A DNA stretch of 63,792 bases, filler included, from Chiloscyllium plagiosum (Eukaryota), in NCBI RefSeq assembly GCF_004010195.1. It is 6 parts of one record of this genome, joined end to end, with 100 filler letters (N's around TTAATTAATTAA, not from the genome) between each part and the next. Parts side by side here need not be neighbours in the genome. Positions count along the whole stretch, not along the records: positions 1 to 27,712 come from NC_057711.1; 5 more parts are not named here. One strand, written 5' to 3'. The stretch's first letter is position 1. Every line of letters starts with the position of its first letter. The notes below the pieces were generated by a model. It made no database searches, had not been told where the DNA came from, and was given only the letters and a program-made list of their open reading frames with translations. This document shows, piece after piece, positions 1-13,276 of this stretch. A program made the translations under genes and the position numbers.

Positions 1-240
1 GAGACATCCTGTTTCCCTTGACCAGGGAAACAACACACCATTCTGCTTTTTCTCTGCTGGCCACAGAAACGTCTGTCTGTACCTCTGACTACAGAATCCC
101 CTAACACAATTGATCTCTTGGAAGCCGATGTACCCCTTCTTGCATTAGAGCCAGTCTCAACACCAGAAACTTGGCTGTTCGTGCTACATTCCCCTGAGAA
201 TTCATCACCCCCTACATTTCCCAAAACAGCATACCTTCTT
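1..240 (-). mobile_element. CR1/HER1 LINE ORF1 (SGNH esterase) fragment
   Basis: Reverse complement reads ..LGDSVVRGTDRRFCGQQ..RMVCCFP.., matching the ORF1 segment at 55020-55120. Confidence 0.7.
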
Positions 241-429
241 CTAGTAGGTCTGAAATATTATACCCTTAAAGATGTTGAATATCATTGAATATAAGAAATC
301 ATTTTAAGAGCTATCATTCCTTTTCAAGTATTTAATGATTTAGCTATTAGTGTAGTTAATGTGTTTCAATGTGACGATGCTATGAAAATAGATATTTTTA
401 ATCAACCTGTTCAGAAATGTCAACTTCCT

Positions 430-790
430 CAGCACGCTAAAGACATTTGGCACGCTCACAAGGACTCTTACCAATTTTTATAGGTGCACCATAGAAACCA
501 TCCTACCTGGATGCATCACAGCATGGTTTGGCATCTGCTGTTCCCAAAATGGCAAGAAACTACAGAAAATCAGTAGATCAGTTGATCACGCAAACCAGCC
601 TTCCATCTATTGGCTGCATTTATACTTCCCGCTGCCTTGGGAAAGCATAATCAAAGACCTGTTCCTCCCCATTTATACTCTCTTCCTCCCTCTTCCATCA
701 GGCAGAAGATAGAAAAGATTGAATTCACATGCAAACAGTTTCAAAAATAGTTTCTTCACCGCTATTATCAGATGTTTGAATGGGCCTCTC
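430..790 (+). mobile_element. Rex1/Babar-type LINE 3' fragment
   Basis: Degenerate LTNFYRCTIETILPGCITAWFG...LPSGRR...FKNSFF..IIR C-terminal motifs. Confidence 0.65.
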
Positions 791-1199
791 AAATATTAAT
801 TCTGATCTCTTTCTCTTTGCACCTTCTCTGTGGTAGTGTTATTGAATTCTGCATTCTGTTCTGCTACCATGATGCACTTTGTTTTGTAGTATCTGCCTGT
901 GTAGTACAAAGAACAACACTTTTCTTGATATGTGTGACAACACTCAATCAACCAATCACCTCTGGAACAAATAAGACTTGAACCCATGCCCCGTGGCTCA
1001 AGATAAGGACAGTACTATTGTGCTACAAGACCCCCTGCTTTAAACATAGAAGACAAGCCAAATAAAGTGGAGCAGATGCACTGAATTCAGAAGGATGACA
1101 TTCTTTAGAGGCATTAGGTAACAGATGCAGTTCGATGAAGCGAGACATAATTATTATGGAATCAACAAACTAAAGTAAGACACAAGTTTATTAGGAACA

Positions 1200-1410
1200 A
1201 AAGCAAATTGCTGGAAAAGCTCAGCAGTTTGGCAGTATCTGTGAAGAGAATTCAGAGTTAACATTTGGTCTGGTGATTCAAGTTCTGTGGCATGGTCACC
1301 AGATCTGAAATGTTAACTGATTTCTCTTCACAGGTGCTGCCAGACCTGCTGAGCTTTTCTAGCAACTTCTGTTTTTGTTTCTGATTTATAGCATCCACAG
1401 TTCTTTCGGT
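1200..1410. mobile_element. Penelope-LTR-derived inverted cassette with a decayed hammerhead
   Basis: ttgctggaaaagctcagcag... (1208) is the inverted repeat of ...ctgctgagcttttctagcaa (1346-1365). The centre agtt-ctgtggc-atggtcaccagatct-gaaatgtt-aact is a degenerate CUGAnGA/GAAA core. Confidence 0.55.
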
Positions 1411-1446
1411 ATTTATATGTTTACTGGGGCAAAAGTATAGTATATA

Positions 1447-1725
1447 GAATCCTTGCAGTGTGGAAGGAGGCCATTTAACTCATTGGGTCTGCACTGACTC
1501 TCTGAAGAGCATCTTACCCAGACTCATGACCCAAAGCTTTCCCCCATAACCCTGCATTTGCCGTGGCCAATCCACCTAACTTGCACATCTTTGATCTGTG
1601 GAAGGAAATCAGTGGAAACCCCTGCGGACATGGGGAGAATGTGCAAACTTCAACAGACAGTCACTGAAGGCTGGAATTAAATGTGAGTCATTGGCGCCAT
1701 GAACCACCGTGCTATTGTACCGCCC
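1447..1725 (-). mobile_element. HE1/V-type tRNA-derived SINE
   Basis: Same V-domain core (gtttgcacattctccccatgtc) as the copies at 6330, 11979, 21110 and 32040, with a CR1-like tail. Confidence 0.7.
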
Positions 1726-2264
1726 ACAATTGTGGAAAAGAAATAAAGATGACGCTGCTTCATTTATAACGATAAACAAAATATAAAATTGTATTAGCAG
1801 CTATACAAAGCCAGTCCTGTGCCATCAAGAGTATTTTTTAAAAATTCCAGTTACTTAATTATAGCAAAATGGCATTACTGTTGGTAACCTACAGAAATGA
1901 ACAGCAGATAGAATTTATGAGGGATGCTTTTATGATTTTATGCTGCCTCTGATGTGTCTCAATTAATGACATCGATATTCAAAATTTAAGTGCACATGAC
2001 TATGATTCTGAATCTCGATTTTCGATTCACACTGCCAAGAACATCCCTAATTACAAGTGGAATACACAGAGCACAACAGAAGGTGCACTTATAGTCTCTG
2101 TGGCAAGTTTCCATGGTTTCATAATAAAAGATACAAGCAATTAAATCATAAAGTAAGATTGTTTATGAAAGCAATGGTGAAGACATATAAAGCCGGGAAG
2201 TGAGGTTGAATTTCAACAGAGATCAGGTCGACATTTTTAGAATTTTGCCTCAGTTAAGATATTA

Positions 2265-4075
2265 TAAGAACATAAGAACCAGGAGCAAGAGTAGCTATCT
2301 GGCCCCTCGAGCCTGCTCCACCATTCAATACGATCATGGCTGATCTTTTTGTGGACTCAGCTTCACTTACCTGCCATCTCACCACATCCCTTAATTCCTT
2401 TATTTTTCAAAAAAAATCTATCTTAGCTTTAAAAATGTTTACTGAAGTAGCGTCAACTATCTCATTGGGCAAGGAATGCCATAGATTTACAACCCTCTGG
2501 GTGAAGAAGTTCCTTCTCAATTCAGTCCTAAATCTGCTTCCCTCACTTTGAGGCTATGCCCTCTTGTCTGAGTTTCACCTGCCAGTGGAAACATCCCCTC
2601 TACTTCTATCTTAACTATTCCCTTCATAATTTTGTATGTTTTTGTAAGATCCCTCCTCATTCTTCTGAATTCAAATGAATATAATCCAAGTCTACTCAGT
2701 CTTTCCTTATAAACTAAACCCCTCAACTCCAGAATCAACCTAGTGAACCTCCTCTCCAGTGCCAGTACGTCCTTTCTCAAGTAAGGAGACCAAACCTGCA
2801 CACAGTACTCTAGGTGTGGCCTCACCAGCACCCAGTAAAGCTACAGCATACCCTCTCTATTTTTAAATTCAATCCCTTTCGCAATGAAGGACAAAATTCC
2901 ATTTGCCCTCCTAATTACATATTGTACCTGCAGATCAACCTTTTGTGATTCATGCACAAGGACACCCAGGCCACTCTGCATAGCAGCAATGTGGAACTTT
3001 TTACTGTTCAAATAATAATCCCTTTTACTGTTACTCCTATCAAAATGGATGACATCACATTTATTAATATTGTATTCCAATTGCCAGGCCTTTGCCCACT
3101 CACTTAAAGTATTTATATTCCTCTGCAAAGTTTCACAGTTCTGTGTACACTTTACTCTGCCATTTATCTTAGTGTCATCTGCGAACTTTGACACACTACA
3201 CATGGTCCCCAACTCCAAATCATCTATGTAAATTGTGAATAATTGCAGTCCCAACACTGATCCCCAAGGCACAGCACTAGTTATTGATTGCCAACCAAAA
3301 TAGCACTGATTTATCCCCACTCTTTTCTTCCTGTTAGTCAACCAATCCTCTATCCATGTTAATTCTTTACTGGTAACACCACGCATCTTTATATTATGCA
3401 GCAGCCTTTGGTGCGGCACCTTGTCGAAGGCCTTTTGGAAATCTAGGTACAGCACATCCACTGGGACCTCATCCATCTTGTTTGTAACGTTTTCATAGAA
3501 TTCCAAGAGATTTGTGAAGCATAACCTGTCCTTCATGAACCCATGCTGCATCTGCCCAATGGGACAATTTCTATCTAGATGCCATACTATTTTCTCCTTG
3601 ATTATAGACTCAAGTATCTTACCGAGCGAAAGTGAGGTCTGCAGATGCTGAAGATCAGAGTCAAGATTAGAGTGATGCTGGAAAAGCAGAGCAGGTCAAG
3701 CAGCATCCAAGGAGCAGGAAATTTGACATTTCGGTGATGAAGGGCTTTTGCCTGAAATGTCGATTTTCCTGCTCCTTGGATGCTGCCTGGCCTGCTGTGC
3801 TTTTCCAGCACCACTCTAATCTTGACTCAAGCATCCTATCTTATCCAGTAACTGCAGTCCTCACTTTTGCCTTTGTCAAACATCTTATCCACAACTGAGG
3901 TTAAGCCAACCGGTTTATAATTCTCCATCTTTTGTCGACCACCCTTTTTAAACAGTGGCGCTACATTTGTTGTTTTCTAATCTGCTGGAAATGCCCCAGA
4001 GTCCAGCAAATTTTGGAAAATTACCACAAGTACACTTGCTATTTCTCCCACCATCTCCTGCCATCTCTTTTAGTG
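2265..4075 (-). mobile_element. CR1 LINE (RT and 3' end), disrupted by a Penelope-LTR cassette at ~3625-3870
   Basis: ORFs 2841-3551 (QHGF, YLDFQKAFDKVPH, SAVPWGS, FADDTK) and 2517-2831 (VRPHLEYCVQVWSP); 3' microsatellite tail (TTCTTATG)n near 2265-2280. Confidence 0.9.
3625..3870. mobile_element. Head-to-head Penelope-LTR cassette with a hammerhead-like core at 3734-3764
   Basis: 3625-3733 is the reverse complement of 3752-3870; the centre reads gTGATGA-AGGGC-TTTT-GCCT-GAAA-TGTC-GATT. Confidence 0.75.
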
Positions 4076-4320
4076 GAATGCATTCCTTCATGGGTTCTGA
4101 AGTCTGGTCTCCATTACCTCCTCTTCTTGGTGGATTTGCCCCGTTCTAACAATGACCATTGCTTGAACCTGGCACCGCCCTGACCAAACATCCACAGACA
4201 AATTAGATTGGCCAGCAATTGTCTAAAGTGGCACCTCAGTTGGAGGTGTAAATCTCACCTTGAGCCAGTTAATGCTCTGCTATGTAAAAAGACTGAAGAG
4301 CGGCTGGCCTTTTGGGCTGG

Positions 4321-5895
4321 GTCATAGAGTCATAGAGATGTACAGCACAGAAACAGACCTTTCGGTCCAACCCGCTATTGCTGACCAGATATCCCAACAC
4401 AATCAAATCCCATCTGCCAGCATCCAGCCATATCCCTCCAAACTCTTCCTATTCATATACCGATCCAAATGCCTCTTAAATGTTGCAATTGTACCAGCCT
4501 CTATGACTTCCTCTGGCAGCTAATTTCATACACCTACCACCCTCTGCCTGATAAGGTTGCCCCATAGGTCTCTTTTATATCTTTCCCATCTCACCCTAAA
4601 CCAATTCCCTCTAGTTCTGGACTCACCCACCCTAGGAAAAGACCTTGTCTATTTACCTTATCCATGACCCTCATAATTTTGTAAATCTCTATAAGGTTAC
4701 CCCTCAGCCTCTGCGCTCCAGGGCAAACAGCCCCAGCCTATTCAACCTCTCCTTATAGCTCAGATCTTCCAACCCTGGCAACATCCTTGTAAATCTTTTC
4801 TGAACCCTTTCAAGTTTCACAACATCCTTCCGATCAAAAGGAGACCAGAATTGCACACAATATTCCAAAAGTGTCCTAACCAATATCCTGTACAGCCGCA
4901 ACATGACCTCCTAATTCCTGAGCAATACTCTGACCAATAAAGGAAAGCATACCAAACACCTTCTTGACTATCCTATCTTCCTGCGACTCCACTTTCAAGG
5001 GGCTATGAACCTGCACTCCAAGGTCTCTTTGTTCAGCAACACTCCCTAGGACCTTACCATAAGTCCTGCTAAGATTTGCTTTCCCAAAATGCAGCACCTC
5101 ACATTTATCTGAATTAAACTCCATCTGCCACTTCTCAGTCCATTGGCCCATCTGGTCCAGATCCTGTTGTAATCTGAGGTACCCCTCTTCGCTGACCACT
5201 ACATCTCCAATTTTGGTGTCATCTGCAAACTTATTAACTATACCTCGTATGTTCACATCCAAATCATTTGTGTAAATGACAAAAAGTAGAGGACCCAGCA
5301 CCGATCCTTGTGTCACTCCACTGGTCACAGGCCTCCAGTCTGAAAAAACAACACTCCACCACCACCCTCTGTCTTCTATCTTTGAGCCAGTTCTGTATCC
5401 AAATGGCTAGTTCTCCCTGTGTTCCATGAGATCTAACCTTGCTAACCAGTTTATAATGGGGAACCTTGTTGAACACCTTACTGAAGTCCATATAGGTCAT
5501 GTCCACCACTCTGCCCTTATCAATCCTCTTTGTTACTTCTTCAAAAACTCAATCAAGTTTGTAAGACATGATTTCCCACACACAAAGCCATGTTGACTAT
5601 CCCTAATCAGTCCTTGCCTTTCCAAATACATGTACATCCTGTCCCTCAGGATTCCCTCCAACAACTTGCCCACCACTGAGGTCAGGCTCACTGGTCTATA
5701 GTTCCCTGGCTTGTCCTTACCACCCTTCTTAAACAGTGGCACCTTGTTAGCCAACCTTCAGTCCTCCTGCACCTCACCTCATTGATGATACAAATCCCTC
5801 AGCAAAAGGCCCAGCAATCACTTCTCTAGCTTCCCACAGAGTTCTCGGGTACACCTGATCAGGTCCTGGGGATTTATCCACTTTTATGTGTTTCA
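4321..5895 (-). mobile_element. HER1/CR1 LINE, 5'-truncated
   Basis: Frameshifted RT ORFs 4704-5754 (PGNYRPVSLTS, SQHGF, GVTQGS, FADDTK); (CTCTATGA)n tail at 4321-4337. Confidence 0.92.
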
Positions 5896-6329
5896 GATTC
5901 TAACCGACCTTGTAGTCATTGGGTCGGCAATGTAGTAGCTGTAAAGTTGAACCCCATGACCTCTTCATAAAGACAAAGGCTAAATTACAACTTCCTGCTG
6001 ACCCTCCCAGAAACTGAAAGTATGCTGGAGGTGGAAACATGCCAGTAGACTGGTAAAGCGACTGGTAGGGAGAAATTGCCAGTGTGGCCAACTCTATCCT
6101 TGTCTTCACTACCTTATTAAAAGTTGTACCAGAGTGCATAAGTGATGACAAAAGCTACTTGTTTTCTTATACTGCTAGACATTAAATGGCCTTACCTTCT
6201 GTGTGGTAATGTTTTTGTTGTGACAATTTTAACGTAACCCACCAGTTAAAAAGTCTACAGGACAAGGTGGAACAATCATTTTACACCTTGCTCAGTATTA
6301 CTTATTGACCTCAGTGGAGACTAAAATAA

Positions 6330-6675
6330 GCCATAAAATCCCTACAGTGTGGAAGCAGGCCATTTGGCTCATCGAGTTCACACTGACATTCTGAAGAGCA
6401 TCCCATCCAGACTCACCACTATCCACGTAACCCCATATTTCCCATGGCTAATCCACCTAGCTTGCACATCCCTGAACTCTATGGGCAATTTAGCATGATC
6501 AGTCCACCTAGCCTGCACATCTTTGGACTGTAGGAGGAAACTGAAGTACCTGGAGGAAACCCACACAGACATGGGGAAAGCATTCAAATATCACACGGAG
6601 GGTCACCAGAGGATGGAATTGAACCTGGGTCACTGGTTTGTGCGACAGCATTGCTAACCACTGAGCCATGATGCT
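6330..6675 (-). mobile_element. HE1/V-type SINE, near full length
   Basis: tRNA-like head with B-box (ggttcaattcc on -), V domain and CR1-type tail. Confidence 0.75.
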
Positions 6676-7411
6676 GCTTGTCACTAGGATTCGTACTCTG
6701 ATAAATTGAGTTATTTACGAATACTAATAGAGTTATATTTGTATAAGCAAGGAACACAGGTCTGTCCAGTTGACCTTTCCAAGCTGTTTCTTTGTCATGA
6801 TTTTGTAACAGTAATTTCTTAAAAATCAATTACATTCACGTAACTAACGTGAATTCATCTTTTTTTTAACTCTTCTATGATTTTCTCTTCCAGCAACCTT
6901 TAAAGCCACCATAAATATCTCTGCCTTCATTGTTTCCTGCTTTTGGGATGCTGTTTCAGACTACCTTTTCAATTAATCTGTGGCCACTTGCCCTTTTATC
7001 TCCTTGTGTAGCTGTGTTAAATTTTGTTTGCTAAAGTTCTGAGAGGCATTGGGGTCTTTTACTTTGTCAAAACATGAGTAAGTTCATGTTGTAGAACTAG
7101 TAAGGTCATCTGTTGATACCTTCATCTGTTCTGCACTATGAATCCGGTACCCATTAAGCACTCAGCAGTGGTTGAACTCTCAATGGTTAACTTCAACTAT
7201 CTGATCTCTTCAAATAGGCTAGGGTGGAAACCAAACATTTTACTCAATCTCATCAGTTTCCTTACTTTCTGGATAAATCAGGTTTGCCTCCATTGAGTGA
7301 GGTGTAAAATCACCGTCTACTTGATTCCATGTATTTTTCACTAGGAGATTTAAGTTAAAATTGTCCCTGTGGTCTTTATCATCAAACAAACTGATTGTTA
7401 ATTTTTCTTAG

Positions 7412-8179
7412 ATAATTTCTGAAGAAGAAGACTCTCCAGAAATAAATCTACTCACAGGCGCTGTTATTACCCCAGGCATGTCAACAAAAAAGAGGGGAGT
7501 ATCGTTATCTAAAGATATGTCAGAAACAGACTGCACAGTACAGAATGTGCCATCAGTACTCTCAAGACAAGCATCTTCATTGGGTCCTGGTGACTCGTCC
7601 ATGGTGGAAACCTTGATATCAAATACATTGCCACCTGAAGCAGAAATGGCTGAACAACAAATGCAGGGCTCATTGACTCAAAGCATTATCTCATCCCAGG
7701 AAGAGAATTTAGTTGCACAAGGCAATGTTAATGAGAAAACAAATTCACATTCAAGAGACAGTGAGTTAACGCTCACAGATTTGTTGAGGCCACTGAGCAA
7801 TGAATCTATGACTAATACATTTACACCGATGAATATGTCACCTTTAATGGATTCTGAGATTGCACTGAATGATGGTTCAATAACAGTTGAACCATTGGCA
7901 GAAAGAAAGGATGCATTGCCTGTAGATTTGTTGGCAGCACTGAACAAAATGCCATTAATGGTGTCAGTTACACCAGTCATTCAGGCATTATCATCAGCAA
8001 ATGGCAAATCAGCAATTGATGCTGGCATTCAAGACAACCTAGGACTCAGGACTGGAACAGTTACACTGCATGATAATGATACACACGATGATGATGATGA
8101 TCTCACACAAATAACACATTGTGAACTGGACTCTCAGCCTTCGAGGAAAACTGATCAGCCGGAACAGACAAGTATTGAG
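7412..8179 (+). CDS. ANKRD31: Internal coding exon A of an ANKRD31-like gene (Ser/Thr/acidic low-complexity region)
   Basis: Acceptor ttttcttAG (7410-7411), 768-nt stop-free frame (IISEEEDSPEINL...QTSIE), donor GAG|GTACAT; phase 0-0, non-repetitive sequence; joins in frame to the next exon. Gene name inferred from exon D. Confidence 0.7.
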
Positions 8180-8689
8180 GTACATTTTTAAAATCACTTA
8201 CCATTGAAACTAAAAGAAATCAATTATTATAATGGAATTTTCTTTGTCAGCATTAATCATTGTAAAATCCCATCTCAACTAGTCAACATTTTGCTAAAGT
8301 CCAGGCTGGTGAAGTCTGATATCATTTCCAATTTTGCTAATCCAATTGAATACTCTTAAATGCTAGATGCTCGAAACAGTACCTTTGCTGGAAAGACTTT
8401 AGACTCATTTGCTGGAGTCATCAGAATTTGGAAAGATTCCTTCAAATTGTGACCCTTCTGTTTAGCTCAAGAAAATTGTGAAGTGAGACAAATGAATCGT
8501 TCTACTTATTTCTTATGCTCAAAAATCAGCTTGGGGGGAGAGCACAGACAACAGTGCTGTTTGAAGTTGTAATTCAGACCCGCCAAGTATGAATTCAGTA
8601 AGTGAGTCCAAATCTATTCTGAGCATCCAGCAATGAATTACAAGAATAGCGTTCTATTTTCTTTAAATGCAGATTTTTAACATTTGTTC

Positions 8690-10400
8690 ATGGGTTGTGA
8701 TCGCTGGCTCGGCTGGCATTTATTGCCTTCCCTAATTATCTTTGAACAGGTGGTGGTGAGCACTTTGAACCACTGCAGCACAGGTACACCCATAGTGCTT
8801 TTATTTTTATTTATTCATTCTTGGGATGTGGATGTTACTGCCTATGCCAGCATTTATTCCAATCCCCAATTGTCCTTGACAAGGTGGTGGTGAGCTGCCT
8901 TCTACAATCTACTACAATCCATGTAGTGTAGGTACATCTCTCATGCTGTTAGGAAAGGAGTTGTAAGATTTTGACCCAGCAACCATGAAGGAACAAGATA
9001 ATTCCAAGTCAAGTGGCCTTCAACTTGGAGCAGAACTTGCAGATGGTGGTGTTTTTGTGTATCTTTGTCCACCAAGATATTAGAGGCTCTGAGATTGGCA
9101 GATACAGTTGAGGAACCTTGGTAAGTTGCTGCACTGCAGCTTGTAAATGGTACAGTGCAGCCATTGTGCATCGGTGCTGGATGGAGTGTCAACCAAGTAG
9201 ACTGCTTTGTCACTTCACCTCTTGCGTTCATTTCCTTTGTCAATATTTGAACTAGGGCTGTAATGAACTCAGGAGCAGAGTAGCCCTTGGAGAATCTAAA
9301 CTGAGCATCATTGGGTATGTTATTGCTGAGTAAGTTCTGCTTGATATTATGTTCAATGATCTTGTCATCACTTTTCTGAAGATTGGGAATAGACTGAAGC
9401 TATGGTAATTAGCTTTGTGAAGAAGGCATACCTGGCAATCTAGATGTCAGCATGTACCGGAACAGCTAGGTCAGGTTGGATTAGTTCTGGAATACACAAC
9501 TTTAATATTGTTGCCGTATTGTTTTCCAATCCCATAGCAGTATCCAGTATTGTCAGTGGCTTCTTGATGTCACGTCGAGTGAATTGAATTGGCTAAAGAC
9601 TGGCATCTGTGATACTGGGTCCTCAGGACAAGTCTGAAATAAAATTGCCCACTTGGAACTTATAGCTGAAGATAGCTGCAAATTCTTCAGCCTTATCTTT
9701 TGAACTGATTATTGAGGATTGGAATATTTGTGGAACTTTCTCCTTCCGTTAGTTGGTAAATTGCCCACTGCCGTTCATGACTGTATGAGGAAGACTGCAG
9801 AGCTTAAAAATGATCCGTTGGCTGTGGAATCACTTTGCTCTGTCAATCATATTCAGTTTCCAATATTTGGCATGCAAATAGTCCTGCGTCATAACTTCAC
9901 CAGATTGACACCTCATTTTTAGGTATGTCCAATCCTACTTTTGGTATGTTTTCCTGCATTGTTCATTGAACAGGACTGATCCCATAACTTGATGGTAAGG
10001 TTGGGTGCAAAATTTGCTGGGCCATGATATTACAGATTGGAGTTGAACACATTTCTGTTACTGCCAACGGGCCTCAGTCCATCATGGATTCTGAGCTTCA
10101 GTTGCTAGATTTGTTTGAAATTTATCCCGTTTAGAATGGTGATGCTGGAGAGTAGCGTCAGTGTGAAGATGAAACTTTGTCTCCACAGAAGTGATCACCA
10201 CCTACAGCAGATGTAATCTAGTAGTTATATCCTTCAGAACTTGGCCAGTTTAGTCAAAGGTGGTGCTACTAAGCTATTCTTGGTGTCGAATATTGAAGGT
10301 CCCACTTGGAACACACTCTGTGCTCTTGTCACCTCAGACCTCTTCCAGTTGATGTTCAACATATTCCCATGTTGAGTGGCAACTTCCTAACTATTTCTGA
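8690..10400 (-). mobile_element. Old degenerate L2/CR1-group LINE remnants
   Basis: 3' tail (aataaatgctggc on -) shared with the copies at 49395-50130 and 59270-59410; no intact ORF. Confidence 0.5.
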
Positions 10401-10769
10401 TCCTGGATGTTGTGAACTGCTGCCAACAAATTAATGATGCCCACAAGAAATTTGGTTTGGAGCCTGGCAGGATCATCAGACTGATCATCAGGTTGAATCC
10501 TACCACATTTCCAGTGGCACCACTAGACTGATTACTGTCGAGTACTTACCTCAAACTGTAAAAAAACCACACATGCCATCAGTGTATTTTCATCCTTAAA
10601 ACTCAAAAAGACAAAAAATAAATACATAATCATGGACAAATATGTTTACATAGAATTGTGTAGAATTTACAGTACAGAAATAGGTCATTTGGCCCAGTTG
10701 GTCTCTGATGACATTTATGCTCCATATGAGCCTTCTCCTATTCCACTTTATCTCAAGATGCAACAAACA

Positions 10770-11400
10770 TATTAGTACATATGAATTAGGAGCAAACGTA
10801 AGCCAGTCAGCCCCACAAACCCGTTGTGCCATTCAGTAAGATCATAGTCACTCCTTATTCTCACCTCCTCTGATAACCTTGAAACCCCTTGCTTAACAAT
10901 TCCTGATGAAGGGCTTTTGCCCAAAACGTCAATTTTCCTGATCCTCGGATGCTGCCTGACCTGCTGTGCTTTTCCAGCACCAGTCTGATCTAGACTCTGA
11001 TCTCCAGCATGTGCAGTCCTCACTTTTGCCAAGAATCTATCTACCTCCGCCTTCAAAATATCCAAAGACTTGGCTTTCAGGAAGAGAATCCAAAGAATCA
11101 CCAACACTCTGTGGAAAAGGATTTCTCCTCATGTCATGAATCCTCATTCTCCATCATTAATTGGGCAACCCTTTAGTTTTTAAGCAGTGACTCTAGTTCT
11201 AAATTCTCCCACAGAAGGAAACATCCTTTCTACATCCACCCTGTCAAGAACCTCAGAAACATATATGTTTAAATCAAACCACCTCCTAATTTTCTAAATT
11301 CCTGCTGATACATGCCAAGCCTTTCCAACTTTTCCTTGTAAGATAATACACGTACACCATAGTCTAGCAAACCTTATTTTAAAAGTTTCCAATACATTTG
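10770..11400 (-). mobile_element. CR1 3' fragment with a Penelope-LTR insert at ~10899-11030
   Basis: RVL..WILF..SLDILKAEVDRFL CR1 C-terminus; the insert carries CTGATGAAGGGCTTTTGCCCAAAACGTC. Confidence 0.7.
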
Positions 11401-11419
11401 CTCATTGACACTCAAATTG

Positions 11420-12680
11420 GGTCACCTGGCTGCTGACTTCAATACAGTCTTGATTCAAGCATGGACAAAAGTGCTGAAGTAAAAGTGACAGTCTCTGATA
11501 TCAATGCAGCATTTGACCAAGTATGGCATCAAGGATCTCTAGCAAAACGGTGTCAGTACAAATCGGGTAAACTCTCTGCTGGTTGTCATACCTAGTCCAA
11601 AAAAGGAGGGTTGTAGTTGTTGGAGATCAATGATCTCAGCACCAGGACATCTCTGCATGAGTTCCTCAGGTCCTTGGCCCAATCATCTTCAGCTGCTTCA
11701 ATCTTCCCTCTATCATGAGGTTAGACGTGGAGATGTTTACTGATGATAGTGATGCAATCTTATCTATATGCAGTAAGATCTGGACCACATCCAGATTTGG
11801 GCTGATAAGTGTCAAGTAATATTTCTGCCACACATGTGCCAGGGACTGACCATCTCCAACAAGAAAGTACCTTAGTATTGCCTTCTTAATGTTCAGTGAC
11901 ATTACAATCACTGAATTCTCCCATTCTCAATATCCTAGGGATTACCATTGACCAGACTCTGAACTGTACTGGCCATTAGGAGTTTGCACGTTCTCCCCGT
12001 GTCTGCGTGGGTTTCCTCCGGGTGCTCCGGTTTCCTCCCACAGTCCAAAGATGTGCAGGTCAGGTGAATTGGCCATGCTAAATTGCCCGTAGTGTTAGGT
12101 AAGGGGTACATGTAGGGGTATGGGTGGGTTGCGCTTCGGCGGGGCGGAGTGGACTTGTTGGGCCGAAGGGCCTGTTTCCACACTGTAATGTAATCTAATC
12201 TAATATAAATACTATGGCAAGCCAGAGGCTAGGAATTGGTAGCAAGTAACTCATCTCAGGACTCCCCAAAACCTGTTCACCATTTACAAGGCACATATCA
12301 GGAATGTAATGGAAAACTCTCCACTTGTCTGGAGTGGATAAAGCTCCAATAAAGCTCGAATCTTTACACCAAGCAGAATAAAGCAGCCTGCTTGATTGGC
12401 ACTGGATCCACCACCCTCAACATTTACTCTCTTTACCACTGCAATAAATCTTCAAGGCTCCTCTGATAGCATCTTCCAAACCTTCAATTATTTCACCCAG
12501 AAGGACAAGAGTAGTAACTGTGTTGGAATAGAATTGTCTGCAGGTTCCCTTCAAGTCCCACAACATTATGTCTGAGAAATAGATCAATATTCTTTAACTG
12601 TAAAAATCCTGGAGCTCTCTCCCCTGCAACACTGTTGACGTTGCTACACCCCAAGCACTGTGGCAGTTTAGGGTGGCAAC
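11420..12680 (+). mobile_element. Degenerate L2/CR1-group LINE RT and 3' region
   Basis: DINAAFDQVWHQG and VPQ..LGP..FSCF.N motifs in broken frames. Confidence 0.6.
11979..12203 (+). mobile_element. Young 5'-truncated HE1/V-SINE nested in the LINE
   Basis: CpG-intact V-domain gtttgcacgttctccccgtgtctgcgtgggtttcctccgggtgctccggtttcctccc and a (TAATC)n tail. Confidence 0.8.
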
Positions 12681-12785
12681 TTCAGTTTTGATGGCTAGGA
12701 AGGGTATTTTACATTGAGAACATATTAAGGTGATGCAAAAGGAAATTAAGTTCAAGGAAATCTTTGTTCTTTTATTTCTCTACAG

Positions 12786-13276
12786 TTTTCAAATAAGAGT
12801 GAAACTGAGGTGAATACTTCTAAATGTGAGACCATAGACAAGTTAGCAAAAGAGCCAATTCTCCATACAACAGACACAGACTTAACAACCTCTTCCCAAC
12901 AAGATAACGTAGCTGGTTCTATTACCCTTCGGAAATCATCTCGGAAAAGAGCTTTAACTGACTTTACCTGTTCCTGCTGTGAGTTTTCTGCTTCTAGAAT
13001 ACAAAACTTTGATTTTAACGATGGATCAGCAGGTAAAAAGAGAAAAACAATGTCTCCTGTACATGAAGATCTCTCAAAACCGCAAAGCTCAGGAACAACT
13101 TACAAGAATAATTTAACATCCAATGGCCAACAAGCAGCTTGCAATGAAGTATCACATTCTAACAACAGACCAAACCCTAAAACTAGTGTTAACATTGTTG
13201 TTCAGCCTCTGAATCATCAAAGACAGTCCAGGCAAATATTGAATTGTGTACGAGGTTGCACAAATACCAGGAACAG
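12786..13276 (+). CDS. ANKRD31: Internal coding exon B of the ANKRD31-like gene
   Basis: Polypyrimidine tract plus tacAG (12784-12785), open frame FSNKSETEVNT...TNTRN with basic RKSSRKR/KKRK patches, consensus donor CAG|GTAAGT; phase 0-2. Confidence 0.75.

Noticed and set aside
6880..6980. Strong polypyrimidine/CAG acceptor as an extra host exon
   Set aside because: Stops in all three frames within ~85 nt and no convincing donor.
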